DNA of 64,000 nucleotides from an uncultured Gammaproteobacteria bacterium (GTDB lineage Bacteria; Patescibacteriota; Microgenomatia; UBA8517): NCBI GenBank assembly GCA_964395115.1, contig CAYMZX010000003.1, positions 14,111 to 78,110 of the forward strand, read 5' to 3'. Shown piece by piece: positions 55,992 to 64,000 of this stretch (position 1 is its first letter; each line of letters starts with the position of its first letter). The notes under the pieces were generated by a model. It saw only the letters and a program-made list of their open reading frames with translations, ran no database searches and was not told where the DNA came from. The position numbers and the translations under genes were made by a program.

Positions 55992-57719
55992 ATGGTCAAA
56001 AAAATCATTGACAGGGGGCGGAAACTCCTTTTTTACCCCCAATCATCAGTTCTTTCAGCCGCCACCATTATTATGTTAATGGTAATAGCTTCAAGAGTTT
56101 TGGGCCTCGTTCGTCAAAGAACCCTCGCCCATTTTTTTACCCCCGATGAACTCTCACTTTTTTTTGCCGCCTTCAGACTTCCGGATTTGGTATTTGAAGT
56201 TCTGGTTTTCGGAACATTTTCTTCCGCATTTATCCCTGTTTTTACTAAAGCCCTGAAAAGAGGAAGGCGCGAAGCCTGGCAAATAGCCGGGACAGTGACA
56301 AATCTGGGAATAATTCTCTTCGCTGCCTTGGCCGCGATTGTTATAATCTTTTCCCATCAGCTTTATGGAATTTTGGCACCGGGCTTTAGTTTAGAAAACC
56401 GATTGTCGATAGTTACAATTACCAGAATCCTTTTTTTGGCTCAAGGATTTTTCGTAGTCAGTTACGTTTTGACCGCTGTCTTGGAATCTTCGAGAAGGTT
56501 TTTGGTTCCAGCCATTGCCCCTCTTTTTTATAATCTTGGAATTATCTTGGGCACTATCTTTTTGGCACCCAAACTAGATCTTTTGGGGCCTGCCCTAGGA
56601 GTAGTAATGGGAGCAGGACTGCACTTTTTGATACAGCTTCCTCTGGCGATAAAATTAGGCTATCGATTCAGGCCGGAGATCTTGATAACCAGCAATGTTA
56701 AAAGAATCGGCAGATTAGCCCTACCCCGAATTGTCGAGATTTCCTTTTTGCAAATTTCCAAATCAATAGAACTTATGCTGGCCTCCATGATTTCAACCGC
56801 CGCTTATACCTACTATACTTTTGGTAATACTCTTCAATTATTGCCCGTTGGTCTTTTTGGAACGTCGATAGCTAAGGCTGCATTGCCAACCCTGGCTAGA
56901 CAATCGGATGATCCAATTAAATTTAAAAAGACTCTTTTTGGGGCTATATATCAGATAGTTTTCTTCGTTATGCCAGTAGCAACAATTTTAGTGGTGTTAA
57001 GAATTCCTTTGGTAAGACTGATCTTTGGAACGGATATTTTTAGCTGGGAGGCAACGGTGCAGACAGGATTGGTGGTTTCCGCTTTTGCCGTTGGGGTGGT
57101 TTTTCAATCGACCGCCGCCCTAATGTCTAGAGGCTTTTACGCTCTGCACGATACCAAAACTCCGGTTATCATTTCCCTCTCGGGAATTATTCTAATAATA
57201 ATTACTGATTTTATTCTTGTCAGAGGGGTTGGACTTCCAGCTTGGGGGTTGGCCGCTTCCTTCTCCATTGGATACTTTTTCCAAGCTCTTGCCCTTTTTG
57301 TGTTTTTGACTAGAAAGCTTGGAGACGGCCTTTCACTTAAGGCGGTTCTGCCGATAGTAAAATCAACCCTGGCCGCCTTATCTTCGGGAATCGTGATGTA
57401 TTTTTTGCTTAAGTTTTTTGACCGCTCGGTATGGATAAAAAGACTTTCCTTTTTGGGTAAATTAGAAATAGCCAGAGAGATCCAGTTCGAGAGATTTGTT
57501 TTAGATACTCGCTACACCGTTAATCTTATTATCCTTACTATTTTTGTCACCACAATAGGAACGATCGTCTATTTGTTAACTTCCATATTATTCAAGTCCA
57601 AGGAAGTTTGGTATTTCTTCAATTTAGCCTCCAAAATAACGAGAAGGAAAGTTGAACCAATTCCGGCCAAGGAAACTGAACCGTTGGCCCCGCCTCCCGG
57701 CGAAACAAGCCCATCCTAA
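55992..57719 (+). CDS. murJ: Lipid II flippase MurJ (MviN)
   Basis: N-terminus SAATIIMLMVIASRVLGLVRQRTLAHFFT...DLVFEVLVFGTFSSAFIPVF, with ~14 TM helices. Confidence 0.85.
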   Translation: MVKKIIDRGRKLLFYPQSSVLSAATIIMLMVIASRVLGLVRQRTLAHFFTPDELSLFFAAFRLPDLVFEVLVFGTFSSAFIPVFTKALKRGRREAWQIAGTVTNLGIILFAALAAIVIIFSHQLYGILAPGFSLENRLSIVTITRILFLAQGFFVVSYVLTAVLESSRRFLVPAIAPLFYNLGIILGTIFLAPKLDLLGPALGVVMGAGLHFLIQLPLAIKLGYRFRPEILITSNVKRIGRLALPRIVEISFLQISKSIELMLASMISTAAYTYYTFGNTLQLLPVGLFGTSIAKAALPTLARQSDDPIKFKKTLFGAIYQIVFFVMPVATILVVLRIPLVRLIFGTDIFSWEATVQTGLVVSAFAVGVVFQSTAALMSRGFYALHDTKTPVIISLSGIILIIITDFILVRGVGLPAWGLAASFSIGYFFQALALFVFLTRKLGDGLSLKAVLPIVKSTLAALSSGIVMYFLLKFFDRSVWIKRLSFLGKLEIAREIQFERFVLDTRYTVNLIILTIFVTTIGTIVYLLTSILFKSKEVWYFFNLASKITRRKVEPIPAKETEPLAPPPGETSPS

Positions 57720-57724
57720 AAGAC

Positions 57725-57761
57725 TTGACAATATTTAGCACTCGTGTTAGATTACTGCTAA
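57725..57761 (+). promoter_or_regulatory. hrcA promoter (TTGACA-17-TAGATT) overlapping a CIRCE operator
   Basis: TTGACA at 57725-57730 and TAGATT at 57748-57753. CIRCE TTAGCACTC-gtgttagat-TACTGCTAA at 57735-57761. Confidence 0.65.
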
Positions 57762-57765
57762 ACAT

Positions 57766-58497
57766 ATGACCGAAGGATTGACTGCGCGCCAGACCCAACT
57801 TCTAAAAGCCTTGATTGATGAGTATATCCAAACCGCCGAGCCGGTCGGAAGTGAATCATTGGATAAGAAATACAATCTTGGCGTTTCGCCGGCGACCATC
57901 AGAAATGAGATGGCGGCACTTACTAAAAGTGGATATCTCCGCCAGCCTCATACTTCGGCTGGGCGCATTCCTACCCCTCTGGCCCTGAAATTTTATATTG
58001 ACCAGTTAATGGAAGAAAGACAAATGAGCTTGGCAGATGAGGTTAAGGCTAAGGAAGAAGTTTGGGATGCAAGGAAGGACTTAGACACTCTTTTAGATGA
58101 GACGACCCACGCCCTAGCTGAAAGAACCAAAAATTTAGCAGTAGCCGCTACCGACGATGGTAAAATCTGGCATGCGGGTTATGCCAACCTTTTTATTAAC
58201 CCAGAATTTTCCGACATTAATATCTGCGCCAATTTATTCTCTTTCATAGAGCATACCGAAAGAATGCGAGAACTTTTTTTTGAGAAAGCAGTTTCCGGGA
58301 GTCCAATCGACATCCTATTTGGGGAGGAGTTAGAGTGGCCCGAGCTTTCCCCTATTGGAGTTGTGGCAACACACTTTAATATCAAAGGCAGAAATGGCGC
58401 GTTGGGCATAATCGGGCCGGTTCGGCTTTCCTACTCAACGATTATTCCGGTTGTTAGATATTTCAAAAATCTATTAGAGGAGGTTGCCAACGCATGA
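57766..58497 (+). CDS. hrcA: Heat-inducible transcription repressor HrcA (short form)
   Basis: N-terminal wHTH LTARQTQLLKALIDEYIQTAEPVGSESL, located upstream of grpE-dnaK. Confidence 0.85.
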   Translation: MTEGLTARQTQLLKALIDEYIQTAEPVGSESLDKKYNLGVSPATIRNEMAALTKSGYLRQPHTSAGRIPTPLALKFYIDQLMEERQMSLADEVKAKEEVWDARKDLDTLLDETTHALAERTKNLAVAATDDGKIWHAGYANLFINPEFSDINICANLFSFIEHTERMRELFFEKAVSGSPIDILFGEELEWPELSPIGVVATHFNIKGRNGALGIIGPVRLSYSTIIPVVRYFKNLLEEVANA

Positions 58498-58991
58498 AAA
58501 AGATAGTTACAAACAAAGATAGAAAAACCGAAAACGAGGAGTTAAAAATTCAATTGGCCCGAGCCTTAGCAGATTACGATAACTTGAGAAAAAGAACAGA
58601 AAGAGAGAAAAAAGAGTTCGAAAAGTTGGCAAATTTAAGATTGCTGGTAAAACTTTTGCCGGTTTTGGATATTCTTAGAAAAGCGCAGTGTCATTTAAAA
58701 GATCCGGGTGTTGAAATGACCATCAAACAATTTGAGGAAACGTTGGCGACTGAGGGATTGGAAGAGATGAAAGTCAAGCCGGGAGACACGTTTGATCCCG
58801 AGATTCACGAAGCGGTTGAAAAAGTTGTCAATAACAAAGATAGGGGTAAAATTATAGAAGTTGTCTCTCCCGGATGGCGATTCAAGGAAGGACCAGTGAT
58901 TAGACACACAAAAGTTAGAGTCTATGGTCCGTCGGCGAACGGCAAGGAAAAAAAATTAGAAAGGGAAATGCAAAGAGGAGACTATGTCTAA
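58494..58991 (+). CDS. grpE: Nucleotide exchange factor GrpE
   Basis: [25 protein letters not shown] and the GrpE C-terminal beta domain. Confidence 0.9.
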   Translation: MKKIVTNKDRKTENEELKIQLARALADYDNLRKRTEREKKEFEKLANLRLLVKLLPVLDILRKAQCHLKDPGVEMTIKQFEETLATEGLEEMKVKPGDTFDPEIHEAVEKVVNNKDRGKIIEVVSPGWRFKEGPVIRHTKVRVYGPSANGKEKKLEREMQRGDYV

Positions 58992-60888
58992 AATTGTTGG
59001 TATAGATTTAGGAACAACTAATTCAGTAGTGGCCGTTATGGAAGGAGGAAGACCAAAAGTTATTCCCGCCTCCGACACTGGCCGAAATATTACGCCCTCG
59101 GTGGTTGAACCTACTAAAAACTTGGTAGGAGATGTAGCCAAACGTCAAATGATTCTCAATCCCAAAAACACAATTTATTCGATTAAGCGGTTGATGGGAA
59201 GAAGATATGCCGATAAAGAAGTCAAAAGAACAATGGAAATGGTTCCATACAATATCAAACCAGGAAAGGACGGTATGGCCTGCGTTGAAGTTGAAGGTAA
59301 AGAATACACTCCCCAAGAGATATCGGCGAGAATACTGATGAAGCTTAAAAAAGATGCCGAAACTTATCTGGGAGAAAAAGTAGAGAGTGCGGTTATAACC
59401 GTTCCTGCTTACTTTGATGACGCCCAAAGGCAAGCCACTAAACAAGCAGGAGAAATTGCTGGATTTAAAGTAGAAAGGATCATCAATGAGCCAACCGCCG
59501 CATCATTGGCTTACGGATTAGAAAAGAAAAACGCTCAAAAAATAGCAGTTTATGACTTGGGCGGCGGAACTTTCGACATCTCAATTCTTGAATTGGGAGA
59601 CGGAGTATTTGAAGTCAAGGCTACAAATGGAGACACCCATCTTGGCGGGGACGATTTTGATGAAAGGATAGTCGACTATATAGTTTCCGAATTTAAAAAA
59701 GAGTTTGCAGTAGATCTAAAAGCTGACACTCAAGCTTTACAAAGAGTAAGAGATGCTGCCGAAAAAGCCAAAATTGAACTTTCGGCGGCCGAAGAAGTGG
59801 AGATAAATCAACCGTATATTACACAGAAAGATGGGCAGCCGCTTCATTTGACAATGAAATTAACGAGGGCAAAACTTGAAAGTTTAGTTTCCGATTTGAT
59901 TGAAAAAACAATGGTTCCGGTTGAATCTTGTCTTAAAGATGCTAAGTTAGACTCCCACGATGTTGATGAAGTAATTCTGGTTGGCGGAATGACAAGGATG
60001 CCAAAAGTTATTGAAACAGTCAAGAACTATTTTGGCAAGGAACCAAATAAATCTGTAAACCCAGACGAAGTCGTAGCAGTGGGGGCTGCTATCCAAGCAG
60101 GCGTCTTGGGAGGAGAAGTTAAAGATATCCTTCTTTTGGACGTTACCCCTCTAACTTTAGCGATTGAAACATTGGGGAATGTAGCCACGCCGATGATCCC
60201 GAGAAATACTACCATCCCAACCTCAAAAACGGAAATTTTCTCAACTGCCGCTGACAATCAGACTCAAGTTGAGATCCATGTGACTCAAGGAGAGAGACCA
60301 TTAGCTGCGGATAATAAATCTTTGGGAAGGTTTATCCTGGACGGTATTCCTCCTGCTCCAAGAGGAATACCTCAGATAGAGGTTACTTTCGATATCGATG
60401 CTTCGGGGATACTAACAGTTACGGCTAAGGACAAAGCAACGGGCAAGACCCAAAACATAAAAATAACAGGCGCGGTTGGACTTTCCGATGAGGAAATTAA
60501 GAGGATGCAAGAAGAGGCGGAAAAGCACAAAGAAGAAGATGCCAGAAAAGCTGCTTTAGTCGAAGCCAGAAATAAAGCTGATGCCATGGTTGCTGCCGCC
60601 GAAAAAGCGTTGAAAGACGCTGGCGACAAAGTACCAAAAGATATAAAAGAAAAAGTGGAAGAAAGAACTAAAGCGGTAAAGGATATTCTTGCAAAAGAAA
60701 ATGCAAACAAGGAAGAGATAGAGGAAAAAACAAAGGAGCTTTCCGATACCCTTTCACAAATAGGACAGTCAATGTATGGGCAGCAGACTACGGTTGAATC
60801 CGAGGAGCCGAAAAAAAAGAAAAAAGAAGAAGAAAAGAAAAAAGAAAATGGTGAGGAAAAGGTAGAAGAAGGAGAGGTTGTTGAATAA
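58984..60888 (+). CDS. dnaK: Chaperone DnaK (Hsp70)
   Basis: [25 protein letters not shown] and the C-terminal EEVE-like tail. Confidence 0.97.
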   Translation: MSKIVGIDLGTTNSVVAVMEGGRPKVIPASDTGRNITPSVVEPTKNLVGDVAKRQMILNPKNTIYSIKRLMGRRYADKEVKRTMEMVPYNIKPGKDGMACVEVEGKEYTPQEISARILMKLKKDAETYLGEKVESAVITVPAYFDDAQRQATKQAGEIAGFKVERIINEPTAASLAYGLEKKNAQKIAVYDLGGGTFDISILELGDGVFEVKATNGDTHLGGDDFDERIVDYIVSEFKKEFAVDLKADTQALQRVRDAAEKAKIELSAAEEVEINQPYITQKDGQPLHLTMKLTRAKLESLVSDLIEKTMVPVESCLKDAKLDSHDVDEVILVGGMTRMPKVIETVKNYFGKEPNKSVNPDEVVAVGAAIQAGVLGGEVKDILLLDVTPLTLAIETLGNVATPMIPRNTTIPTSKTEIFSTAADNQTQVEIHVTQGERPLAADNKSLGRFILDGIPPAPRGIPQIEVTFDIDASGILTVTAKDKATGKTQNIKITGAVGLSDEEIKRMQEEAEKHKEEDARKAALVEARNKADAMVAAAEKALKDAGDKVPKDIKEKVEERTKAVKDILAKENANKEEIEEKTKELSDTLSQIGQSMYGQQTTVESEEPKKKKKEEEKKKENGEEKVEEGEVVE

Positions 60889-60889
60889 G

Positions 60890-61963
60890 TCAGCTTTTAT
60901 GACCGAAGGATGGGGTAAAAGCAAAAGGTATTTCCTCCCAGTCTCGGACCTTCCTTATTTTTAGATTTTTTTCCCAGACGGCATCAAGGATAGTTGTATC
61001 TACCTTGAGGCTTTTTGCCAAGGCCCTAAGGGCGAGAAGGTCTTTTGGAAAACATTTTCCACCAAAGCCGCGCAGGCTGGTTACATCTAGGTGCGACCCC
61101 CCTATCCTTTTATCAAAAGCAACCATTTTTTTGACTTCTTCGTAGTTTATATTTAACTTTTCACAGATATCGTAGATTTCATTGGCAAAGATTACCTTCG
61201 TCGCCAATAAACAATTGGCCATATATTTGACTATTTCAGCGGTTGTCGGATCTGTTTGAAAAATCGGGGTATTGGGCATTATTGACTGGTAGATTGCAGA
61301 AACTTTTCTAAAAATTAAGGAGTTATTTGCTCCAATTATAATCCTATCGGTATTGATAAAGTCTTGCAGAAATGCTCTTTCTGTTAAGAATTCGGGATTG
61401 AAGCAAAAAAGAGTTTTTGGGTACCTTTTGATATAATCCTCGGTTGTTCCCGGGATTACGGTTGATTTAATAATAACTATCTTATCCGTTCCATTTGTAA
61501 ACTTGCTAACTTCAGCGATATTTTTGTCGATTATCGAAAGGTCGATTCCCAATTTGTCTTTTTTGATCGGAGTTGGAAGGCAGATAAAAATATAATCTGA
61601 ATTTTTTATAACTTCCTTAAGGGGATTAAATTCCTTATATTTATCGTAGATGAGAATATTGTTGTTGGAGAAACCATACGCGACAGCTTGACCAACTATT
61701 CCGTAGCCGACTATTCCGATGTTTACTTTTCTTTGAACAACATTACTTGAACCGGGGGTTTTGGAAACAGGAATTATATTTCTGATTGTGCCTTGAGTTT
61801 TATGTAAGTATTCTTCCTTGATAAGACTTTCTATATATTGGTGGATTGTTGGTACCTTCTTTTTAAATTTTTCCGCAATTTCGGCTAAGGTTGGAGAAAA
61901 ACCATTTTTTTCGTAAAACTCTGTTATAAAGTCGAGAATCTGCCTTTGTTTAGGCGTAAGCAT
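60890..61963 (-). CDS. Fusion protein: LexA-type winged-HTH DNA-binding domain + UDP-glucose/GDP-mannose dehydrogenase-family NAD-binding and catalytic domains, lacking the C-terminal UDP-binding domain
   Basis: The N-terminus MLTPKQRQILDFITEFYEKNGFSPTLAEIAEKF resembles the LexA N-domain. A Rossmann block IGIVGYGIVGQAVAYGF follows. The catalytic-Cys motif GGKCFPKD is present. 357 aa total. Confidence 0.7.
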   Translation of the reverse strand: MLTPKQRQILDFITEFYEKNGFSPTLAEIAEKFKKKVPTIHQYIESLIKEEYLHKTQGTIRNIIPVSKTPGSSNVVQRKVNIGIVGYGIVGQAVAYGFSNNNILIYDKYKEFNPLKEVIKNSDYIFICLPTPIKKDKLGIDLSIIDKNIAEVSKFTNGTDKIVIIKSTVIPGTTEDYIKRYPKTLFCFNPEFLTERAFLQDFINTDRIIIGANNSLIFRKVSAIYQSIMPNTPIFQTDPTTAEIVKYMANCLLATKVIFANEIYDICEKLNINYEEVKKMVAFDKRIGGSHLDVTSLRGFGGKCFPKDLLALRALAKSLKVDTTILDAVWEKNLKIRKVRDWEEIPFAFTPSFGHKS

Positions 61964-62027
61964 ACCTTATAAGATACTAACTATTTACATAATATTTACT
62001 TAAGTGAAAAAGGTCAAGTTTTTGTAA

Positions 62028-62068
62028 CTAGCACTTTGTTTGACGGAGTGCTAAGATGGGTGTAATAT
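62028..62068 (+). promoter_or_regulatory. clpB promoter (TTGACG-17-TAATAT) overlapping a CIRCE operator
   Basis: CIRCE cTAGCACTT-tgtttgacg-GAGTGCTAA at 62028-62054. -35 at 62040-62045 and -10 at 62063-62068. Confidence 0.6.
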
Positions 62069-62103
62069 TTGTTTTTATAGCCAAGACATTTTAAAAAAAG
62101 CTT

Positions 62104-64000
62104 ATGAACGAAGATTTGCAAGCTTTATTTAGAGCGCCAGATCTCAAAGAGGCTCTAGAAAAATTTACCGTTAACCTTACTGATCAAGCAAAAGCTGGCA
62201 AAATAGATCCTGTTATCGGACGTGATTCCGAAATACGCCGCGTGATGCAAATTCTTTCGCGAAGAATCAAAAATAATCCCGTATTAATTGGTGATCCCGG
62301 CGTTGGGAAAACCGCAATCGTTGAAGGTTTGGCCCAGAGAATTGCCTCAAATGACGTGCCCACGACTCTCCAGGATCGTGAGCTTCTTGTCCTTGATTTT
62401 GCGCTTTTGGTTGCCGGAACAAAATTGAGAGGTGAATTTGAGGAAAGACTTAAATCAGTCATAAAAGGAGTTGAGGAGGCTGAAGGAAAATATATTGTCT
62501 TTATAGACGAGCTTCATACTCTTGTTGGCGGGGGATCTGCCGAAGGTTCCGTGGATGCGGCAAATATTCTTAAACCGTCTTTGGCGCGGGGAACGATCAG
62601 AATGATTGGAGCAACCACCATCGAAGAATACCGAAGGTATATAGAAAAAGACGCCGCGCTAGCCCGTCGATTTCAGACGGTTTTAGTCGAAGAACCTAGT
62701 CTTGAAGATACAATTGCAATTTTACGTGGGATAAAAGAGCGCTATGAACTTCATCACGGAATAAGAATTACCGATGACGCAATTGTTGCAGCAGCGAAAC
62801 TCTCAGATAGATACCTTACGGAAAGATTTCTCCCCGATAAGGCAATCGATCTGATAGACGAGGCGGCCGCAAGTATTAGGATTGAAACAGAGAGTATGCC
62901 GGCAGAGCTTGATCAGCTCAAAAGACGTTTGACCCAACTTGAGATCGAAGAGACTGCCCTTAAAAAAGAAAGGGGTAAACCGGCAGATGAAAAACTGGAT
63001 TCAATACGCAGAAGTATTAAAACTTTAAAAGAGCAGATTTCTGATTTTGAGAAAAAATGGGAAGAACAAAGGAAAATTATTAAAGAAATTCAAGAAAAAA
63101 GGTCAGACATAGACAAATTAAGAATTGATTTGGAGAAAGCCGAGCGAGAAGTTCAGCTTGACCGCGCTGCCGAAATAAAATATGGAAAACTTCCCGAGCT
63201 TGAGAAAAAGTTGGCAGAGGTCGAAAAAAAGTGGAGAGAAATTCCTGAGGAAGATAAGGTTTTACGCGAAGAAGTAAGCGATGAGGACATTGCAAAAATA
63301 GTTTCTCGCGCAACCGGAATTCCTTTGGGCAGACTTCTGGCAAACGAAGCAGAAAGACTTATAAAACTTGAGGATGAATTAAGAAAAAGAGTTATCGGAC
63401 AGGATGAGGCATTGAAAGTTATTGCCAACGCAATTCGACGTTCAAGGGCGGGGTTGAAAGAAGCGACGCGACCTATTGGTGCTTTTTTGTTTTTGGGACC
63501 AACCGGGGTTGGAAAGACCGAAACTGCTAGAGCTTTGGCTGAAGTTTTGTTTAATAATGAAGACGCGGTAATAAGGATCGATATGAGTGAGTACCAAGAG
63601 GCACATACTATCGCTCGTTTAATTGGAGCACCGCCTGGATATGTGGGCTTTGAAGAGGGAGGACAGTTGACAGAGGCGGTTCGCAGGCATCCTTATTCCG
63701 TGGTTTTATTTGACGAAGTGGAGAAAGCAAATCCGGCTATATTCAATCTTTTTTTACAGATTTTAGACGATGGTAGATTAACCGACGGAAAAGGTATTAT
63801 AGTGGACTTTAAAAATACAATAATTATTATGACGAGTAATCTGGGAAGCAACATTATTAAAGAGTATGCTGGAAAGGATAAAAACAAGCTAGAAAGCTTA
63901 ATGGGTAGCGTCTTGGAAAAGACTTTTAAACCTGAATTTATAAATAGACTCGACCATATTGTCTATTTTGACCCTTTGACTTCTCAAGTAATGAGAGATA
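62104..64000 (+). CDS. clpB: ATP-dependent chaperone ClpB, N-domain-less; the 3' end lies beyond the window
   Basis: It starts directly at the NBD1 linker ([38 protein letters not shown]). A coiled-coil M-domain follows. NBD2 has [13 protein letters not shown]. It is not in the supplied track because it is edge-truncated. Confidence 0.9.
   Translation, partial: MNEDLQALFRAPDLKEALEKFTVNLTDQAKAGKIDPVIGRDSEIRRVMQILSRRIKNNPVLIGDPGVGKTAIVEGLAQRIASNDVPTTLQDRELLVLDFALLVAGTKLRGEFEERLKSVIKGVEEAEGKYIVFIDELHTLVGGGSAEGSVDAANILKPSLARGTIRMIGATTIEEYRRYIEKDAALARRFQTVLVEEPSLEDTIAILRGIKERYELHHGIRITDDAIVAAAKLSDRYLTERFLPDKAIDLIDEAAASIRIETESMPAELDQLKRRLTQLEIEETALKKERGKPADEKLDSIRRSIKTLKEQISDFEKKWEEQRKIIKEIQEKRSDIDKLRIDLEKAEREVQLDRAAEIKYGKLPELEKKLAEVEKKWREIPEEDKVLREEVSDEDIAKIVSRATGIPLGRLLANEAERLIKLEDELRKRVIGQDEALKVIANAIRRSRAGLKEATRPIGAFLFLGPTGVGKTETARALAEVLFNNEDAVIRIDMSEYQEAHTIARLIGAPPGYVGFEEGGQLTEAVRRHPYSVVLFDEVEKANPAIFNLFLQILDDGRLTDGKGIIVDFKNTIIIMTSNLGSNIIKEYAGKDKNKLESLMGSVLEKTFKPEFINRLDHIVYFDPLTSQVMRD

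Noticed and set aside
62184-62462. 92-aa minus ORF
   Set aside because: It lies antisense within clpB, whose NBD1 motifs are unambiguous on the plus strand.
1-64000. Looked for CRISPR arrays, IS elements/transposases, integrases and rRNA genes
   Set aside because: No regularly spaced direct repeats, no DDE/serine/tyrosine recombinase-like ORFs and no rRNA-like conserved stretches were seen. The only tRNA found by T-loop/anticodon inspection is tRNA-Cys at 29999-30070.

Overview
This 64-kb window looks like chromosome from a reduced-genome, monoderm-type bacterium. The gene content is reminiscent of CPR/Patescibacteria: an N-domain-less ClpB, short ValRS and MetRS, FemAB-like genes, an LCP protein, many GT-C glycosyltransferases and few metabolic genes. 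That assignment is inference only.

The window spans the replication origin. rpmH-rnpA-yidD-yidC-jag lie on + and diverge from dnaA-dnaN on -. Perfect DnaA boxes flank dnaA on both sides.

Housekeeping genes recognised from motifs:
- valS, tsaD, groES-groL, metG, rplY, rpsT, rnhA, murJ
- hrcA-grpE-dnaK, rmuC, a UvrD/PcrA helicase
- a UvrD-helicase/PD-(D/E)xK nuclease with a Cas4/AddB-type 4-Cys cluster
- NUDIX, HhH-GPD glycosylase, M23 peptidase, VanW
- a solute-binding protein, an LCP protein, tRNA-Cys(GCA)
- a partial clpB at the right edge

CIRCE (HrcA operator) inverted repeats overlap sigma70-like promoters upstream of groES, hrcA and clpB.

Accessory-looking content:
1. A type-IV-secretion-like module directly next to oriC (1-7435). 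It has a VirB4/TraC-type ATPase apparently split into two overlapping ORFs, a 2-TM protein with a beta-sandwich domain, and a 736-aa polytopic membrane protein carrying an extracytoplasmic Cys-rich HExxH domain.
2. A seven-gene minus-strand envelope-glycan cluster (31007-39054): a UbiA-family decaprenyl-phosphate phosphoribosyltransferase-like gene, a GT4 MraY/WecA-like gene, two ArnT/PMT-like GT-C genes and a QxxRW GT2, translationally adjacent to metG.
3. An LCP gene overlapping an 806-aa GT-C gene.
4. A pilN-pilO operon continuing into four Pro/Ser/Thr-rich, C-terminally anchored surface proteins. One has 24 Cys and one has an LPEAG motif.
5. A LexA-type wHTH fused to a C-terminally truncated UDP-glucose/GDP-mannose dehydrogenase-like domain.
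6. An unexplained ~500-bp gap (21474-21972) holding an atypical ORF or a possible structured RNA.

No CRISPR arrays, rRNA genes or transposases were seen. ORFs truncated by the window edges (1-1043 minus; clpB 62104-64000 plus) were absent from the supplied track and were found by reading the sequence.
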